Shown here: one piece after another, positions 38,345 to 49,167 of the stretch | How the letters are laid out: every line of letters begins with the position of its first letter | How positions within the stretch are numbered: position 1 is the stretch's first letter | Assembly: GCA_021796415.1 (NCBI GenBank) | Contig: JAJYJC010000002.1 | Location: forward strand, 7,983 to 71,982 | Direction of reading: 5' to 3' | DNA length: 64,000 bases | Source of the DNA: a bacterium | GTDB lineage: Bacteria > Patescibacteriota > CPR2 > UBA1875 > JAJYID01 | The notes under the pieces: model-generated | Seen by the model: the letters and a program-made list of their open reading frames with translations, nothing else | Told to the model about the DNA's origin: nothing | The model's database searches: none | Position numbers and translations under genes: made by a program

Positions 38345-39143
38345 GAAAATCGGAACTGCCCGAAACGCGCGGTGACGCGCGGCAAGCAAACTGGCTAATA
38401 ACGGTGAAACCCTACTATCATTAATGTTATAATGATGTACGAGGGCAATACCGTGGCAACTGGTCGTTAAGCGACAGTATACAGTATTCTGTATCCAGTA
38501 TTGGGGGTTTTAAATCCTCAATACACAATACCCTATACTCAATACTATCGCGAGATGCGATTGGAGCCGTAACGACTGAACCGAAAGGTGAGGCTCTGCG
38601 AAAAACAGGGCAATACGCCAGCTCTCGCTAAAAGAAAGGCGACTATGGATTAGAATATTGAACTTCATAATTCTAAAAAAGATCCTAAGGTTGTTGGCGA
38701 GATGAAGATATAGTCTGATCAATACGGTAACGTATTGCGAACATATGAAGTTCCGACCCGCACGAATGGCGGAACGGTCTGGACACTGTCTCAACGAGGG
38801 ACCCGGTGAAATTGCAATAGCGGTAAAGATGCCGTTTACCCGCGACAAGACGGAAAGACCCCGTGGAGCTTTACTACAGCTTGGCATTGGATTAGGGTCT
38901 TGCATGTGTAGGATAGGTGGGAGACTTTGAAGCCGGAACGCTAGTTTCGATGGAGTCGCTGGTGAAATACCACCCTTGTAAGGTTTTGATTCTAACCCGG
39001 ACCGAAAATTGGAAACAATTTTCTTCCAAGATTTAAAAGTTGTCAGAGAAGCTGCTACAATTAATTTTCCAAAATAGCTTTAGCAACTTTTAAACTACTG
39101 GAGCAGATTGCTTTCAGTTTCCGGTTCGGAGACAGTGTCTGGT

Positions 39144-39176
<33 letters not shown>

Positions 39177-39396
39177 GGTAACGGAGGCGTTCAAAGGTGG
39201 GCTAGGTCTGGATGGAAATCAGACTGATAGTGCAAACGCATAAGCCCGCTTGACTGCAAGGCCTACAAGCCGCGCAGAGACGAAAGTCGGAGTTAGTGAT
39301 CTTTTGAGTGCACGTGGGTGCCTCATTGCTTAACGGACAAAAGCTACCCCGGGGATAACAGGCTTATAGGATCCAAGAGTCCACATCGACGATCCT

Positions 39397-39433
<37 letters not shown>

Positions 39434-39467
39434 GTGAAGCAGCTCCCAAGGGTTTGGCTGTTCGCCA

Positions 39468-39523
<56 letters not shown>

Positions 39524-39570
39524 TGTCGTGGGCGTTGAAACTTGAGGAGATCTGTCCCTAGTAAGAAATT

Positions 39571-40333
39571 GCTACTTTACGGAGAAATCCGTAATGACAA
39601 ATCGGCTAATAACGGTGGAGCCTTCATAAATATATCTGGCAGCGGAGAAACAGCTGGCCTCGGTCAGCTAGCTGTGATATATTCTTGAGGACCAGTTAAG
39701 TTTTTAAGGTAATACCGTGGGAAGTCGTCTTGAAACTAATGTAGCTTATATCGCAGGTTTTTTGGATGGTGATGGGAGCCTGATGCTTCAGATTAAAAGG
39801 AGGAGCGACAACGGTCGCCCGAGATTTATGGCAACAATCTGTTTCTATCAGGATACTCGCCATGACAAATCCTTGCTTTGGATAAAAGATATTCTGGATA
39901 TCGGTTATATATCAAAAAGAAATGATGGTATGACCGAGCTTAGAATTAATGGGTTTAAGCAAATAGAGAGAATACTCAAAATTCTTTTACCCCATATCCG
40001 ATTCAAGGAAGTGCAGGCAAGTACACTCTTAAAAGCAGTAACATTGCTTCAGAAAGAGAAACTTGCTGCGAATGATTATAAAAAACTTGTTGATTATATG
40101 CTGACAATTCAAAATGAAAACTATCAGGCAAAGAAAAAAAGAACTAAAAATGAGTTGTTAAAGGTTTTAGGATTGACCCCGTAACGACTTATCTCATACG
40201 TGAGATAGACTTGCATAACACTGGAAAGCTTTAAAAAGCAGGTTTATGCGGGTAATACGCCGACCCCTCCTCCCGAGTTATCGGGAAAGGGTGAAGATAT
40301 AGTCTATGCTCCTAGAAATAGGGGAAGTACATG
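39571..40333 (+). mobile_element. intron-like insertion in 23S domain V/VI encoding a LAGLIDADG homing endonuclease (likely group I intron)
   Basis: The insertion interrupts the conserved sequence between CTAGTA and CGAGAGGACCGG, and an ORF is embedded in it. Confidence 0.6.
39717..40184 (+). CDS. LAGLIDADG homing endonuclease (single-motif, 155 aa)
   Basis: Motif YIAGFLDGDGS near the N-terminus. Located inside the 23S insertion. Confidence 0.8.
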   Translation: MGSRLETNVAYIAGFLDGDGSLMLQIKRRSDNGRPRFMATICFYQDTRHDKSLLWIKDILDIGYISKRNDGMTELRINGFKQIERILKILLPHIRFKEVQASTLLKAVTLLQKEKLAANDYKKLVDYMLTIQNENYQAKKKRTKNELLKVLGLTP

Positions 40334-40900
40334 ACGAGAGGACCGGGATGGACCGACCTATGGTGTGCCAGTTGTTCTGCCAAGAGCATCGCTGGGTAGC
40401 TATGTCGGGAATGGATAAGCGCTGAAAGCATATAAGCGCGAAGCCAACTTCAAGATTAGGTTTCATTATAGACCCCTTATAGACTATGAGGTTGATAGGC
40501 TCTAGGTGTAAGTGCAGTAATGCACTCAGCTGAGGAGTACTAATAGGTCAATGACTTAATGATTTTGTATTTCACTAGCGTTCAAACAAAATCAGTATAC
40601 TGTATTCAGTATCCAGTATTGTGGTTTCAAACCCTCAATACACAATACTCTATACTCAATACTGTTGTAACGAGCGGTAGCGAGATACAACTTGGCCAGT
40701 AATCAGTGATTGGATCCCAGCACATATCTTGTGCCCGCTTCGCGGATTGAAGTAGCACAAGATATGTGCTGGGTTGAATTGTAAATTTCGTTTTGTATTA
40801 GACAGACAGAATAATTATTTGAAAACTGTGTGTTGGTGGCTTTTGCGGAAGGGTTACACCCGTTCCCTTCTGCCTCACCCCGCACTTTTGAGTTTAAGAT

Positions 40901-41017
<117 letters not shown>

Positions 41018-41417
41018 TCTTACACTCAAAAATCTAAAAGTACGGGGCAGAACACGGAAGTTTCGGCCAGGGGCCGATCAGCCTATGGCTGAAAGCCAAA
41101 AGCCTCATCGCCGATGATACTTGGGAAACCTGCCCTGCCGAAGCTTTCTTGTCCTTCCGAAGTTTTAACGAAGGAGGAAGCGCAGGCGGGTCATGCCCTG
41201 GGAAAAGCTTGTCCTGTCATAGCTTTAGCGAAGACGGATAGGTCGCCGCCGGTACACCTGCTTGCCGGCAAGGCAGGTTGCCTAATACGCAAAAAGGCAC
41301 ATTAATTCGTTAGTGTGCCTTTTTGTATTGAAATAAAATAATAGAAAAGGTGAAGGCGCGGAGTAGGATAACTCCGCGCCATTGCAGGCACCTTGGTTGG
41401 CTAGCCGGTAGTGTCGG

Positions 41418-42443
41418 TTAAGATGGGATTTCGATGACCTCTGTCCTCGAGGTTAATCGCCGTGTCCTCTTTCCGCTGTTGATGTGGTTAACCAGCAGGG
41501 TGTAGAGGAGTTCTCGTGCTTTCCCTGTCGCTGAAGACAGGTTGACCACGCTGGGATCGGAGATCGGGAAGCTCTGGATCTTTCGGATCAGTTGAGCTTC
41601 GACGAAGAGCCGATTCTCCCTCCAGAAGTCAGTGTGGTTGGAGAATATGGTCGCGAGAACCAGCAGGAAGCCGGAGCGCAGATATATCGCCCCTTCCTTG
41701 TAGGCCACGCGCTGTATTCCCCAGCACTGATCGACAGTTTGGAAGAAAGTTTTCATGTTGTCGCGGAAAACATTCTTTCCGATTCGCACTACGATCTTGT
41801 CAACCCCGGGGGCCAGCTCCTTGATCCGGCTCGACTTTCCGGGGCCAATGTGGCTGTGGAGTGCGCCAGCGACTTTCAGCAGTGTTACTGCTGAGATGAG
41901 CTCGTGCCTCTTCTGGCGCTGCTCCCAGTTGATGCGATCATACATTGCAAAGGCCTTGTCGTCGCAAAGCCGATAGAGGAGGTTGATCGCATCGATCTCG
42001 TGGCGCATATTGCGGAGCAGGATGTTGGAGGAGAGCTTGGTCATATCGGCGTTTAAGATCTTGAACCGATTACGCTCCCACTCTTCATCCGTACTGAAGT
42101 GTACGGTTGCACCGATCCTCGGTACGCTTCCATCCTGCAACATCATGTTTGCTGCTGTGACGCGCTGGAGTCCATCGATGATGAAGACGGGATCCTTAAG
42201 ATAGAAGTTGCCACCCCTATCCAGGAATCTTTCACCTCTCATTCCTAGGTCGATATCGGGGACGGATCCAGTTTTGAACGCTTCCATCAGTCCATTGATT
42301 GTGGACAGAGGAAGTACCTCGCGCTGGTAATCAGCGACCTGCAGAAACCGCAAAGAATCTGGGTGGATCCTGCCACGCAGAATTACTTCCTTCTCTGGGG
42401 TTTCGTCAAGGGCCGCATGACTCATTTTGATGCTCTCGGTCAT
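41418..42443 (-). CDS. DGQHR/ParB-like nuclease domain protein (DndB/DUF262-like), GC-rich (~56%)
   Basis: Motif FIIDGLQRVTAA (DGQ[HQ]R-type). Composition unlike the surrounding DNA. Confidence 0.45.
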   Translation of the reverse strand: MTESIKMSHAALDETPEKEVILRGRIHPDSLRFLQVADYQREVLPLSTINGLMEAFKTGSVPDIDLGMRGERFLDRGGNFYLKDPVFIIDGLQRVTAANMMLQDGSVPRIGATVHFSTDEEWERNRFKILNADMTKLSSNILLRNMRHEIDAINLLYRLCDDKAFAMYDRINWEQRQKRHELISAVTLLKVAGALHSHIGPGKSSRIKELAPGVDKIVVRIGKNVFRDNMKTFFQTVDQCWGIQRVAYKEGAIYLRSGFLLVLATIFSNHTDFWRENRLFVEAQLIRKIQSFPISDPSVVNLSSATGKARELLYTLLVNHINSGKRTRRLTSRTEVIEIPS

Positions 42444-42716
42444 TTCGGAGCACTCTCCTTATCATGTGGCTGTTAGTATTTCCAAAGTGCCTGCAAGTGG
42501 GATTATACCACTTTTATAGATTTTTAGCAATATTTTTCTTATGCTTTATATTTTAATTCCAAGCGTTTTCTCAGCCTTGGCCGTTATTATTCTAAAAAAG
42601 CTACAAAATTCTTCGCTTAAATTCTTGATTTTAACCAATGTTTATACGCTTCACATACAATAATATTGGTCCAGATAAAGCGAGGGTTTTATAAAAAAGA
42701 AGGGAGATGATATATT

Positions 42717-42914
42717 ATGGCAGGCACAAAAAAGGGCGGCATTCAAGCCGCAAAAACCAACAAAGCCAGATACGGCAGAGACTTCTATGAGAAAATTGGC
42801 CGCATCGGAGGCAGGCGCGGAACTACCGGCGGGTTTGCAGCAAACCCGGAACTAGCGAAAGAAGCCGGCAGAAAAGGCGGCAAGGCAAGCGCAGCAAAAA
42901 GAAAGAAGCAATAA
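42717..42914 (+). CDS. KGG-repeat general stress protein (YciG-like)
   Basis: GG...RKGG repeats (GRIGGRRGTTGG, GRKGGKASAAKRKK). Confidence 0.55.
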   Translation: MAGTKKGGIQAAKTNKARYGRDFYEKIGRIGGRRGTTGGFAANPELAKEAGRKGGKASAAKRKKQ

Positions 42915-43115
42915 AAAAATATCCGGCAGACAAGAGGTATCTTGGGCCGGATATTTTATGGAGCAGGTAAATGGGTAAAACCATAAGGTACGGAGAAAGG
43001 AAAAAGATCGATAAACAAACAAAAAAATCTCGGAAATCCATTTCTCCCAGAACTTTTTACAATAAGTTAGACGGTAAAAATTTAAAGATACAAAAACTAT
43101 CCCAAAAACGCAGAA

Positions 43116-43679
43116 CTACCTATAAGTGAGAAAGCTGCCGATGGAAGAAACAAAGAACAAGAAGCAGGAGACAGCTGACTTCGACTTTGGCGATTTTACA
43201 AATTCCTGAGTTTTGCCGGAAGTGCTTTTTATTGCTGAAATGATTTTTTTCTTTACTTGTCTGTCCTTGCGGTCATTGACCTCCCAGTAGCAGTCGCAGA
43301 CAAAGCAGCCGAAAACATTGTCGCTTCGCTGAAGTGAGTACGCGCCGCAGGTCGGACAGCTCGCCCTCTTGGTTACCCAGTTGTCATAGCTTAGCAAACA
43401 TTCCTTTATGTGATCTTCGTCGATCTCGATACCATTTTCCTGGGCCAGACTTCTTGTCTCATCCCAGGCTTCCTGCTCCAAATCCAAAAGTTCTACATCG
43501 TATTTATATGTGAAGTGGCCCAGCTTCATATGAGCTATCTCATGCAGCAGTGCCAATCGCCCGTCCTTGTTTTTCAGCTCTTCCGGCACATATGTTATTG
43601 TTTGCGTTCTGGCATTAAACGAAAAAACCCTGCCTGGCTGGCAGTTGTGCTTATCCAAGAGTTTCTGAAGTTTTCTCAT
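43116..43679 (-). CDS. putative Zn-metallopeptidase (ImmA/IrrE-like HExxH) with a C-terminal zinc-ribbon
   Basis: LLHEIAHMKLGH (HExxH). CPTCG...CFVCDC cysteine pairs. Confidence 0.45.
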   Translation of the reverse strand: MRKLQKLLDKHNCQPGRVFSFNARTQTITYVPEELKNKDGRLALLHEIAHMKLGHFTYKYDVELLDLEQEAWDETRSLAQENGIEIDEDHIKECLLSYDNWVTKRASCPTCGAYSLQRSDNVFGCFVCDCYWEVNDRKDRQVKKKIISAIKSTSGKTQEFVKSPKSKSAVSCFLFFVSSIGSFLTYR

Positions 43680-43753
43680 GAATCTTATTTTATATCCCGA
43701 CTTATCCCCATATCAAGCATAAGGGAAAATAAAAATTATGATAAAATCTTATT

Positions 43754-44446
43754 ATGAATTATCGTTATACATATTTACTCATGGGGCTGCTTTTTCTTCT
43801 GATATGGCTGTGTCTATTTATTTGGAGAAGAGATACTAGAAAGGAGATGTTCGCAATGTCCTTAATCTTTGGGTTTATCGGTCCTTTTTCCGACGTTCTT
43901 TATACCAGAGACTGGTGGCACCCCTTGACAGTCACAAATACCAAAATTGGCCCAGAGGCTATAATTGTTGGGTTTGCTATTGGCGGTATAGCTTCTGTAA
44001 TATATGAAGATATTTTCAAGAAAAAAATAAGGACCCGAAGGGTTTCGCGATCCAGGAAAAGGCGAGATGACCTTAATTTTTCCATTGTCTTAATTATTTC
44101 TGGCGGTACATTGTTGGGAGCCTTTTTCTTCCTCGGGCTGGGCAGTCTTTTGTCAACAGTTCTCGCTTTTGGAATTCCCGCCGTAATCATTTGGATTCGA
44201 AGACATGATTTGATACTAGACTCACTAGCCTCCGGGATTTTTCTGCTGGCGGTTGCATGCTTCGTATATTCGGTACTTCAGATTTTAACTCCGGGGTGGA
44301 TCCAGGCTTTTTGGACTTTCAGGTATGTGCCTGATATAACGATATTAAGCCTGCCTATAAATGATGTTCTTTGGTACTTCTTGGCGGGACTCTTCATAGG
44401 TCCGCTTTATGAATATTGGAAAGAAGGGAAGCTGGTAAAGGCTTAA
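43754..44446 (+). CDS. polytopic membrane protein (230 aa)
   Basis: Six or more hydrophobic segments. Confidence 0.45.
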   Translation: MNYRYTYLLMGLLFLLIWLCLFIWRRDTRKEMFAMSLIFGFIGPFSDVLYTRDWWHPLTVTNTKIGPEAIIVGFAIGGIASVIYEDIFKKKIRTRRVSRSRKRRDDLNFSIVLIISGGTLLGAFFFLGLGSLLSTVLAFGIPAVIIWIRRHDLILDSLASGIFLLAVACFVYSVLQILTPGWIQAFWTFRYVPDITILSLPINDVLWYFLAGLFIGPLYEYWKEGKLVKA

Positions 44447-44448
44447 GT

Positions 44449-44865
44449 ATGAAGAATAAAGAAAAAACGGTAGTAATTGGGTTCGTGAGAAATAATCTTG
44501 GGGATTTGCTGGTTTGCCAAAGATATGAACCGGAACTTCCGGAAGTGCATCTGAAGTGGGATTTACCCGGCGGGACAAATGAAGACGGCGAATCTCTGGA
44601 AGAAACTTTATTGCGTGAAATTTCGGAAGAGACAGGCTTGAATGTGCTTATTTGCGGTCAAGTAGGTGACCCGGTTGAAAAGATTTGGAGCTATCCAGAC
44701 CATGATCAGCACACTTGCATATATTGTTTTGAATGTGAATTTATAGATGGAGAAATCGACTCCAGCGACCAAAAGATAAACGACATCAAGTGGGTTTCGG
44801 GGAAAAATCTAAATAGTTATAACTTCCTGGAAACAACAAATATTTTTATAAACAGACTAAGATAA
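44449..44865 (+). CDS. NUDIX hydrolase
   Basis: Nudix box GGTNEDGESLEETLLREISEETGLNV. Confidence 0.65.
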   Translation: MKNKEKTVVIGFVRNNLGDLLVCQRYEPELPEVHLKWDLPGGTNEDGESLEETLLREISEETGLNVLICGQVGDPVEKIWSYPDHDQHTCIYCFECEFIDGEIDSSDQKINDIKWVSGKNLNSYNFLETTNIFINRLR

Positions 44866-45029
44866 ATCCTTTTGCCTAAAGGATAATTTTGTTGTATAAT
44901 GGTTGGGCTGGAGGGAACGATCATGCTCGTTGCTGAGAGTTCCTTTTCATTTTCCCTCTGAGCTTATTTCCTTTTTGATCACCCACACTAGGGGTGTATT
45001 TCTGTTGTTTCTCAATCAAGGAGGCTGTT

Positions 45030-45407
45030 ATGAACAAGAAGTTGTTGTGGCTAGCTATAATCGCGTTGTCGGTGATGGTAATGGGTCCGTTCGTGACCCA
45101 TGCTCTCGCCGGCGGCGGCCCCGGACCTGGCGGTGCCGGACCGGATGGATGTTTCGCCTACCTCGTCAACTGGACGGATACGGGCTACGGCTCGACTGTT
45201 CAGCTGTATCCTGGTGATTCGATCCAGTTCGACGTCTGGGCAAACTGCCCGGTCACGATATCGAACACCTGGGATGACGAGAGCGCGGCGGTGACGCAGT
45301 ACGACATTGCCACCGGTGGTCAGCCTATCAATATGTCTGATCTGCCCGTTACGTTCACGGTACCGCCGGGCACAGCCTCGGGCGACTACTACATCAAAGC
45401 AAACTAG
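45030..45407 (+). CDS. secreted hypothetical protein, GC-rich (~60%)
   Basis: SD aaggagg. Signal peptide MNKKLLWLAIIALSVMVMGPFVTHALA. Confidence 0.5.
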   Translation: MNKKLLWLAIIALSVMVMGPFVTHALAGGGPGPGGAGPDGCFAYLVNWTDTGYGSTVQLYPGDSIQFDVWANCPVTISNTWDDESAAVTQYDIATGGQPINMSDLPVTFTVPPGTASGDYYIKAN

Positions 45408-45614
45408 GTCTAATGCTACTTTTTGTGTGGCTATTATGTGCACTTTTAACTGCTATAAAAGCATAAACGACACATTTTTTATCTTAAAAGTTAAAAATAT
45501 AACCTTTTATGGCTTTAGAAGGGAATTAAATACCGATTTCAGCCACCCAAAATCAAGCATTAAGCCGCAAACTACGATGTAGACCCGAGCCAGACGTACT
45601 CCTACATCCATGCG

Positions 45615-46007
45615 ATGATCGGAGATCTGCCGGCCTACCCCATATCTCTCTCCCTGTCAACCGGGGGAGCGGAGTGGGCCAGTTACGCCGATTATCAGGC
45701 CCGCAATCTATCCGTCTCCCTTCGAGTGACGAACACGGGAGAGAACGACGCCTACGGTATAAAGTTCGTTGCAGCAACGGCGACCAATGGCGTTCAGCCG
45801 GTGTCGTGCGCGCTGGCAGGAAGCAGCCTTGGCTGCTTCGGTAGTTACGTTGTGTCCTACTTGCCACCGGGGGCGGCCTCGGACATTTTGTGGGCGCAAT
45901 TCACTGTGCCATCGGGGGTAGCTTTCTTTAGGACGACAGTCTACGCCCAGGCGCAGGACTATCATAACAAGACGCACTACTTTCCGGGACCTCCGCCCGG
46001 CACGTAG
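45615..46007 (+). CDS. hypothetical protein, GC-rich
   Basis: ORF only. No RBS. A GC-rich terminator hairpin follows at 46034-46070. Confidence 0.3.
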   Translation: MIGDLPAYPISLSLSTGGAEWASYADYQARNLSVSLRVTNTGENDAYGIKFVAATATNGVQPVSCALAGSSLGCFGSYVVSYLPPGAASDILWAQFTVPSGVAFFRTTVYAQAQDYHNKTHYFPGPPPGT

Positions 46008-46119
46008 ACGGCCACAAAGGAAATAAGCGAATCGGGGCGGCCCAGACGGGCCGCCCCTTCACATTTATAAAATAAATTTAAAACCGGCACATATTTTAGC
46101 GGTAGCAAAATTATGCTTC

Positions 46120-46599
46120 TTAAGCTTCTCCTGCTTTCATCTTCGCAAGCAGTTCGATGAGACGTTCGTTGCCTTCACGTACGCCCTTCTCCATACCCGA
46201 CTCTATCATCCCGTCCCGGTCTTCTTTGGAGGCATATTTCGACAAACTCCAGACGCGCGTCTTGTCACCCATTTCTTCAAAGTTTACTGTCTGGGTTGAT
46301 ACGTGTCCCGGCATGCCCTCCCACTCAAAAGTCCAGGTCATTTTCTCCGGTTTTTTAATCTCTAGAAACTCGCCGTGAAATCCGTACTCATTGTCTCCGG
46401 AATCCTTCTGCACAAATCTCCATGCGCCGCCCTGCGTAAAGCCCAGCTTATCGATGTCGGTGGTGTAGCCCTTCGGTCCCCACCACTCAGGGATTAGCTT
46501 TGGGTCGGTGTAAGCCCGCCACACCAGCTCTCTTGGCGCATCAAAAACCGAGTCTATCATAATCTCCGTGTCAGAAGGGGTTGTAATTTTGGTTTCCAT
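46120..46599 (-). CDS. SRPBCC-superfamily protein (Activator of Hsp90 ATPase homolog 1-like)
   Basis: Fold-typical sequence ELVWRAYTDPKLIPEWWGPKG...TWTFEWEG. Confidence 0.55.
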   Translation of the reverse strand: METKITTPSDTEIMIDSVFDAPRELVWRAYTDPKLIPEWWGPKGYTTDIDKLGFTQGGAWRFVQKDSGDNEYGFHGEFLEIKKPEKMTWTFEWEGMPGHVSTQTVNFEEMGDKTRVWSLSKYASKEDRDGMIESGMEKGVREGNERLIELLAKMKAGEA

Positions 46600-46702
46600 A
46601 AGCCCCCTTTCTTAATTAACTATTTTAAGCATTGTATAAAAGCCGTCGAGGCATTACATTGTTACTTAATGAAAAAATATAACGACACAGAAAGTTATCT
46701 GG

Positions 46703-47032
46703 ATGAAGACGGCGGAAAATCGGGAACTGCTTGAGAAAATCAGAGAAATAATTCGCGAAGCGGCGCCAGAGGCGGAGGAGAAATTTTCCTACGGCATGCC
46801 GGGTTATTATTTTATGGGAAGTCCGCTAGTTTTCTATGCCGCTTTCAAAGATCACTGTAGTTTCTTTGGCGCAAGCGGAACGGTGCTCGAGAGTTTCAAG
46901 GACGAGCTAAAAGATTTCAAAACCGCAAAAGGCACGATTCATTTCACAAAAGACCACAAAATCCCCAAGGATTTAATCGAAAGAATAGTCCAAGCGAAAA
47001 TGCAAGAAGTGGAGAAGAAAAAGGTAAAATAA
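46703..47032 (+). CDS. DUF1801 (YdhG-like) domain protein
   Basis: KFSYGMPGYYFMGSPLVFYAAFKDHCSFF pattern. Confidence 0.45.
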   Translation: MKTAENRELLEKIREIIREAAPEAEEKFSYGMPGYYFMGSPLVFYAAFKDHCSFFGASGTVLESFKDELKDFKTAKGTIHFTKDHKIPKDLIERIVQAKMQEVEKKKVK

Positions 47033-47147
47033 AAAGCTTGGCCACAGAAAAAAGCCTTTAAATTGGAACTCTTTTGGACTATAATTAAGTTTCAATAAAA
47101 ACAAAAAAGACCTGTGTCCTGGTCGACTATTTGAAGTTAGGAAACGA

Positions 47148-47879
47148 ATGATAAAATTTGATCCAACTAAGAAAGCAATATTTGAACCAACTGATCTTAA
47201 CTTACCGACCACAAAAGCCATTATGGTTTTTGATGATGAGATATGGGAAGATTTTATTGTTAAAGACAAAAAAATTGTCATTTTTCCAGTCAAGAATACT
47301 CGCGGACGGGTTTTTGATGCTTTTCGTATGTATAAATATAACGGCGAAGATATTTTACTAGTATACCCAGATACGGGAGCGTCAGCCTCGGCTATTGAAA
47401 TGGAGCTTTTGATCGCCAGTGGCGTTAACAAAATTGTTGCGTTTGGAACGTGTGGCGCATTAGACAAAAATATTGCAAAAAATACCATCATTATACCAAC
47501 AGCTGCCGTTAGGGAAGAAGGCACAAGTTATCATTACTTGCCGCCAAGCGATGAGGTTTCTCAAAGCGAGAAATCTCTCAAAACCATGAATCGTATTCTT
47601 GATAGGGAAGGTTTTAAGATATTAAATGGCAAAATATGGACAACGGATGCTGTCTATCGGGAGACACTGGGCAAATTCCAAACAATGAAACAGAATGGTT
47701 GTGTGGCTGTTGACATGGAATTATCCGCGCTTCTAGCTGTTGCTGAGTTTCGTGGTACTAGCTTTGCTGAATTTTTGATCACCGATGACAATATCGATGG
47801 GAAACCTGAGCGCGAAAATGTCCGAGACTGCGCAAAAATATTTGACGCTGCATTACAAGTTGTGACAGCCCTATATTAA
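47148..47879 (+). CDS. nucleoside phosphorylase (PNP/UDP family 1)
   Basis: GTCGAL, VAVDMELSAL and AEF..TSFAE motifs of phosphorylase family 1. Confidence 0.6.
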   Translation: MIKFDPTKKAIFEPTDLNLPTTKAIMVFDDEIWEDFIVKDKKIVIFPVKNTRGRVFDAFRMYKYNGEDILLVYPDTGASASAIEMELLIASGVNKIVAFGTCGALDKNIAKNTIIIPTAAVREEGTSYHYLPPSDEVSQSEKSLKTMNRILDREGFKILNGKIWTTDAVYRETLGKFQTMKQNGCVAVDMELSALLAVAEFRGTSFAEFLITDDNIDGKPERENVRDCAKIFDAALQVVTALY

Positions 47880-48015
47880 TTAGTACCAGAGTATAATGTT
47901 CGAGTATTCGACATAAAACGGTTTAATTTATACCTTCTTCCTCATCAAACTCACCTCCGGGTAGATTTCTAGTGTTCTTAACTTACGGAAAATCTCAACG
48001 ATTACAACTCTAATC

Positions 48016-48041
48016 GTTACACTAATACATATTAGTGTAAC
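48016..48041. repeat. perfect 26-bp palindrome GTTACACTAATACATATTAGTGTAAC (copy A)
   Basis: Identical to copy B at 48475-48500. The two flank the TrpR-like gene. Confidence 0.8.
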
Positions 48042-48092
48042 GATGATCGCGGTGCTTTGGTTCTCTTGTAAATATACCTAGAGATAGGGTTG

Positions 48093-48443
48093 CTAACCAA
48101 TTACCCGCACGCCTTTGTATCTTATCGTTCTTCCTTTGGCTGGCGTCTTCGATCTTTTTGGTTTGGGTAGGCCGGAACTTTTTTGAAACCCAAAACCGCA
48201 CTTAGTGGCCAACCGATTTAAGGTTGTCGGACTCATACCCGTTTTCAAGCGAATGTCGGCGTATGACTTGCCTTCATCTATCATAATAAGTGCTTGATAT
48301 CGTCTCCCGATATCATTAATTTCCCTGGGCGTCAAAACACGGTCGAAAATTTTCCTCACCTCGTTTATGTTTTGACAATCCACAAGCAAGGCCATGACAT
48401 CCAGCACTTCTTTGTCGTGCCAAACCAATCGTTTGCTACTCAT
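48093..48443 (-). CDS. TrpR-like HTH protein (YerC/YecD family)
   Basis: DRVLTPREINDIGRRYQALIMIDEGKSYADIRLKTGMSPTTLNRLATK matches the TrpR-related YerC pattern. Confidence 0.55.
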   Translation of the reverse strand: MSSKRLVWHDKEVLDVMALLVDCQNINEVRKIFDRVLTPREINDIGRRYQALIMIDEGKSYADIRLKTGMSPTTLNRLATKCGFGFQKSSGLPKPKRSKTPAKGRTIRYKGVRVIG

Positions 48444-48474
48444 TTTCCCTCCACAATTAAAATAACTATCTACT

Positions 48475-48500
48475 GTTACACTAATACATATTAGTGTAAC
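48475..48500. promoter_or_regulatory. 26-bp palindrome (copy B), likely operator in the promoter region of the TrpR-like gene
   Basis: Lies 32 bp upstream of the start codon at 48443. Confidence 0.5.
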
Positions 48501-48648
48501 GAAACAAGTATACAGATTTTTCCCGAGCCCTTTAGATTATTAGATGGTGGGAATGGTTTTAATTGTCGACCTTTTTCCTCATCAAACTCATTTCAAAATG
48601 TGGGGTTTTTTGTGATATTATTAATTCATTAATGAACGGGGAATTAGC

Positions 48649-49167
48649 ATGGATGTTAATGAAGCGATAAGTAGAAGAAAAAGCATTAGGAAATGGCAGG
48701 ACAAGGAAGTAGCAGGTGAGATAATTACTGAGCTTTTGGATGCCGCACGCAGGGCGCCGTCGGCGAAGAATGTCCAGTCGCACAGATATTTCGTTGTGAA
48801 GGGGAAAACTAAAGACAAACTAGTTGCGGCAGGAGCTTTCAAGCAGCCATTTTTGAAAGATGCGCCGGCTATCATAGTTTGCATAGCCGATCCGACGCAG
48901 TATCCGCAAAGCGTGGATGTCGATGAAACTCCCGAGCACTACGCCTATATAGACCTGTCGATCGCCGCTTCATTTCTGGTGTTGCGGGCGACCGAGCTTG
49001 GCCTCGGCACAGTATTTGTCGCATGGATATATCGGGATAAGATAAGGGAAGCGCTGGATATTCCCGAAAACTACATTATTCCGTTTGTCTTGCCAATCGG
49101 TTATCCGGATGAGGACCCGCCGGCAAAACCAAGAAAAAGTCTAGAGGAGATAGTTATTCAATCATGA
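48649..49167 (+). CDS. nitroreductase-family protein
   Basis: RRKSIRKW... and SAKNVQSHRYFVV motifs typical of NAD(P)H nitroreductases. Confidence 0.65.
   Translation: MDVNEAISRRKSIRKWQDKEVAGEIITELLDAARRAPSAKNVQSHRYFVVKGKTKDKLVAAGAFKQPFLKDAPAIIVCIADPTQYPQSVDVDETPEHYAYIDLSIAASFLVLRATELGLGTVFVAWIYRDKIREALDIPENYIIPFVLPIGYPDEDPPAKPRKSLEEIVIQS

Noticed and set aside
44903-45443. ORFs 44903-45217 (+) and 45051-45443 (-), Arg/Cys-rich
   Set aside because: They are alternative frames of the GC-rich secreted-protein gene 45030-45407. High GC produces long spurious frames.
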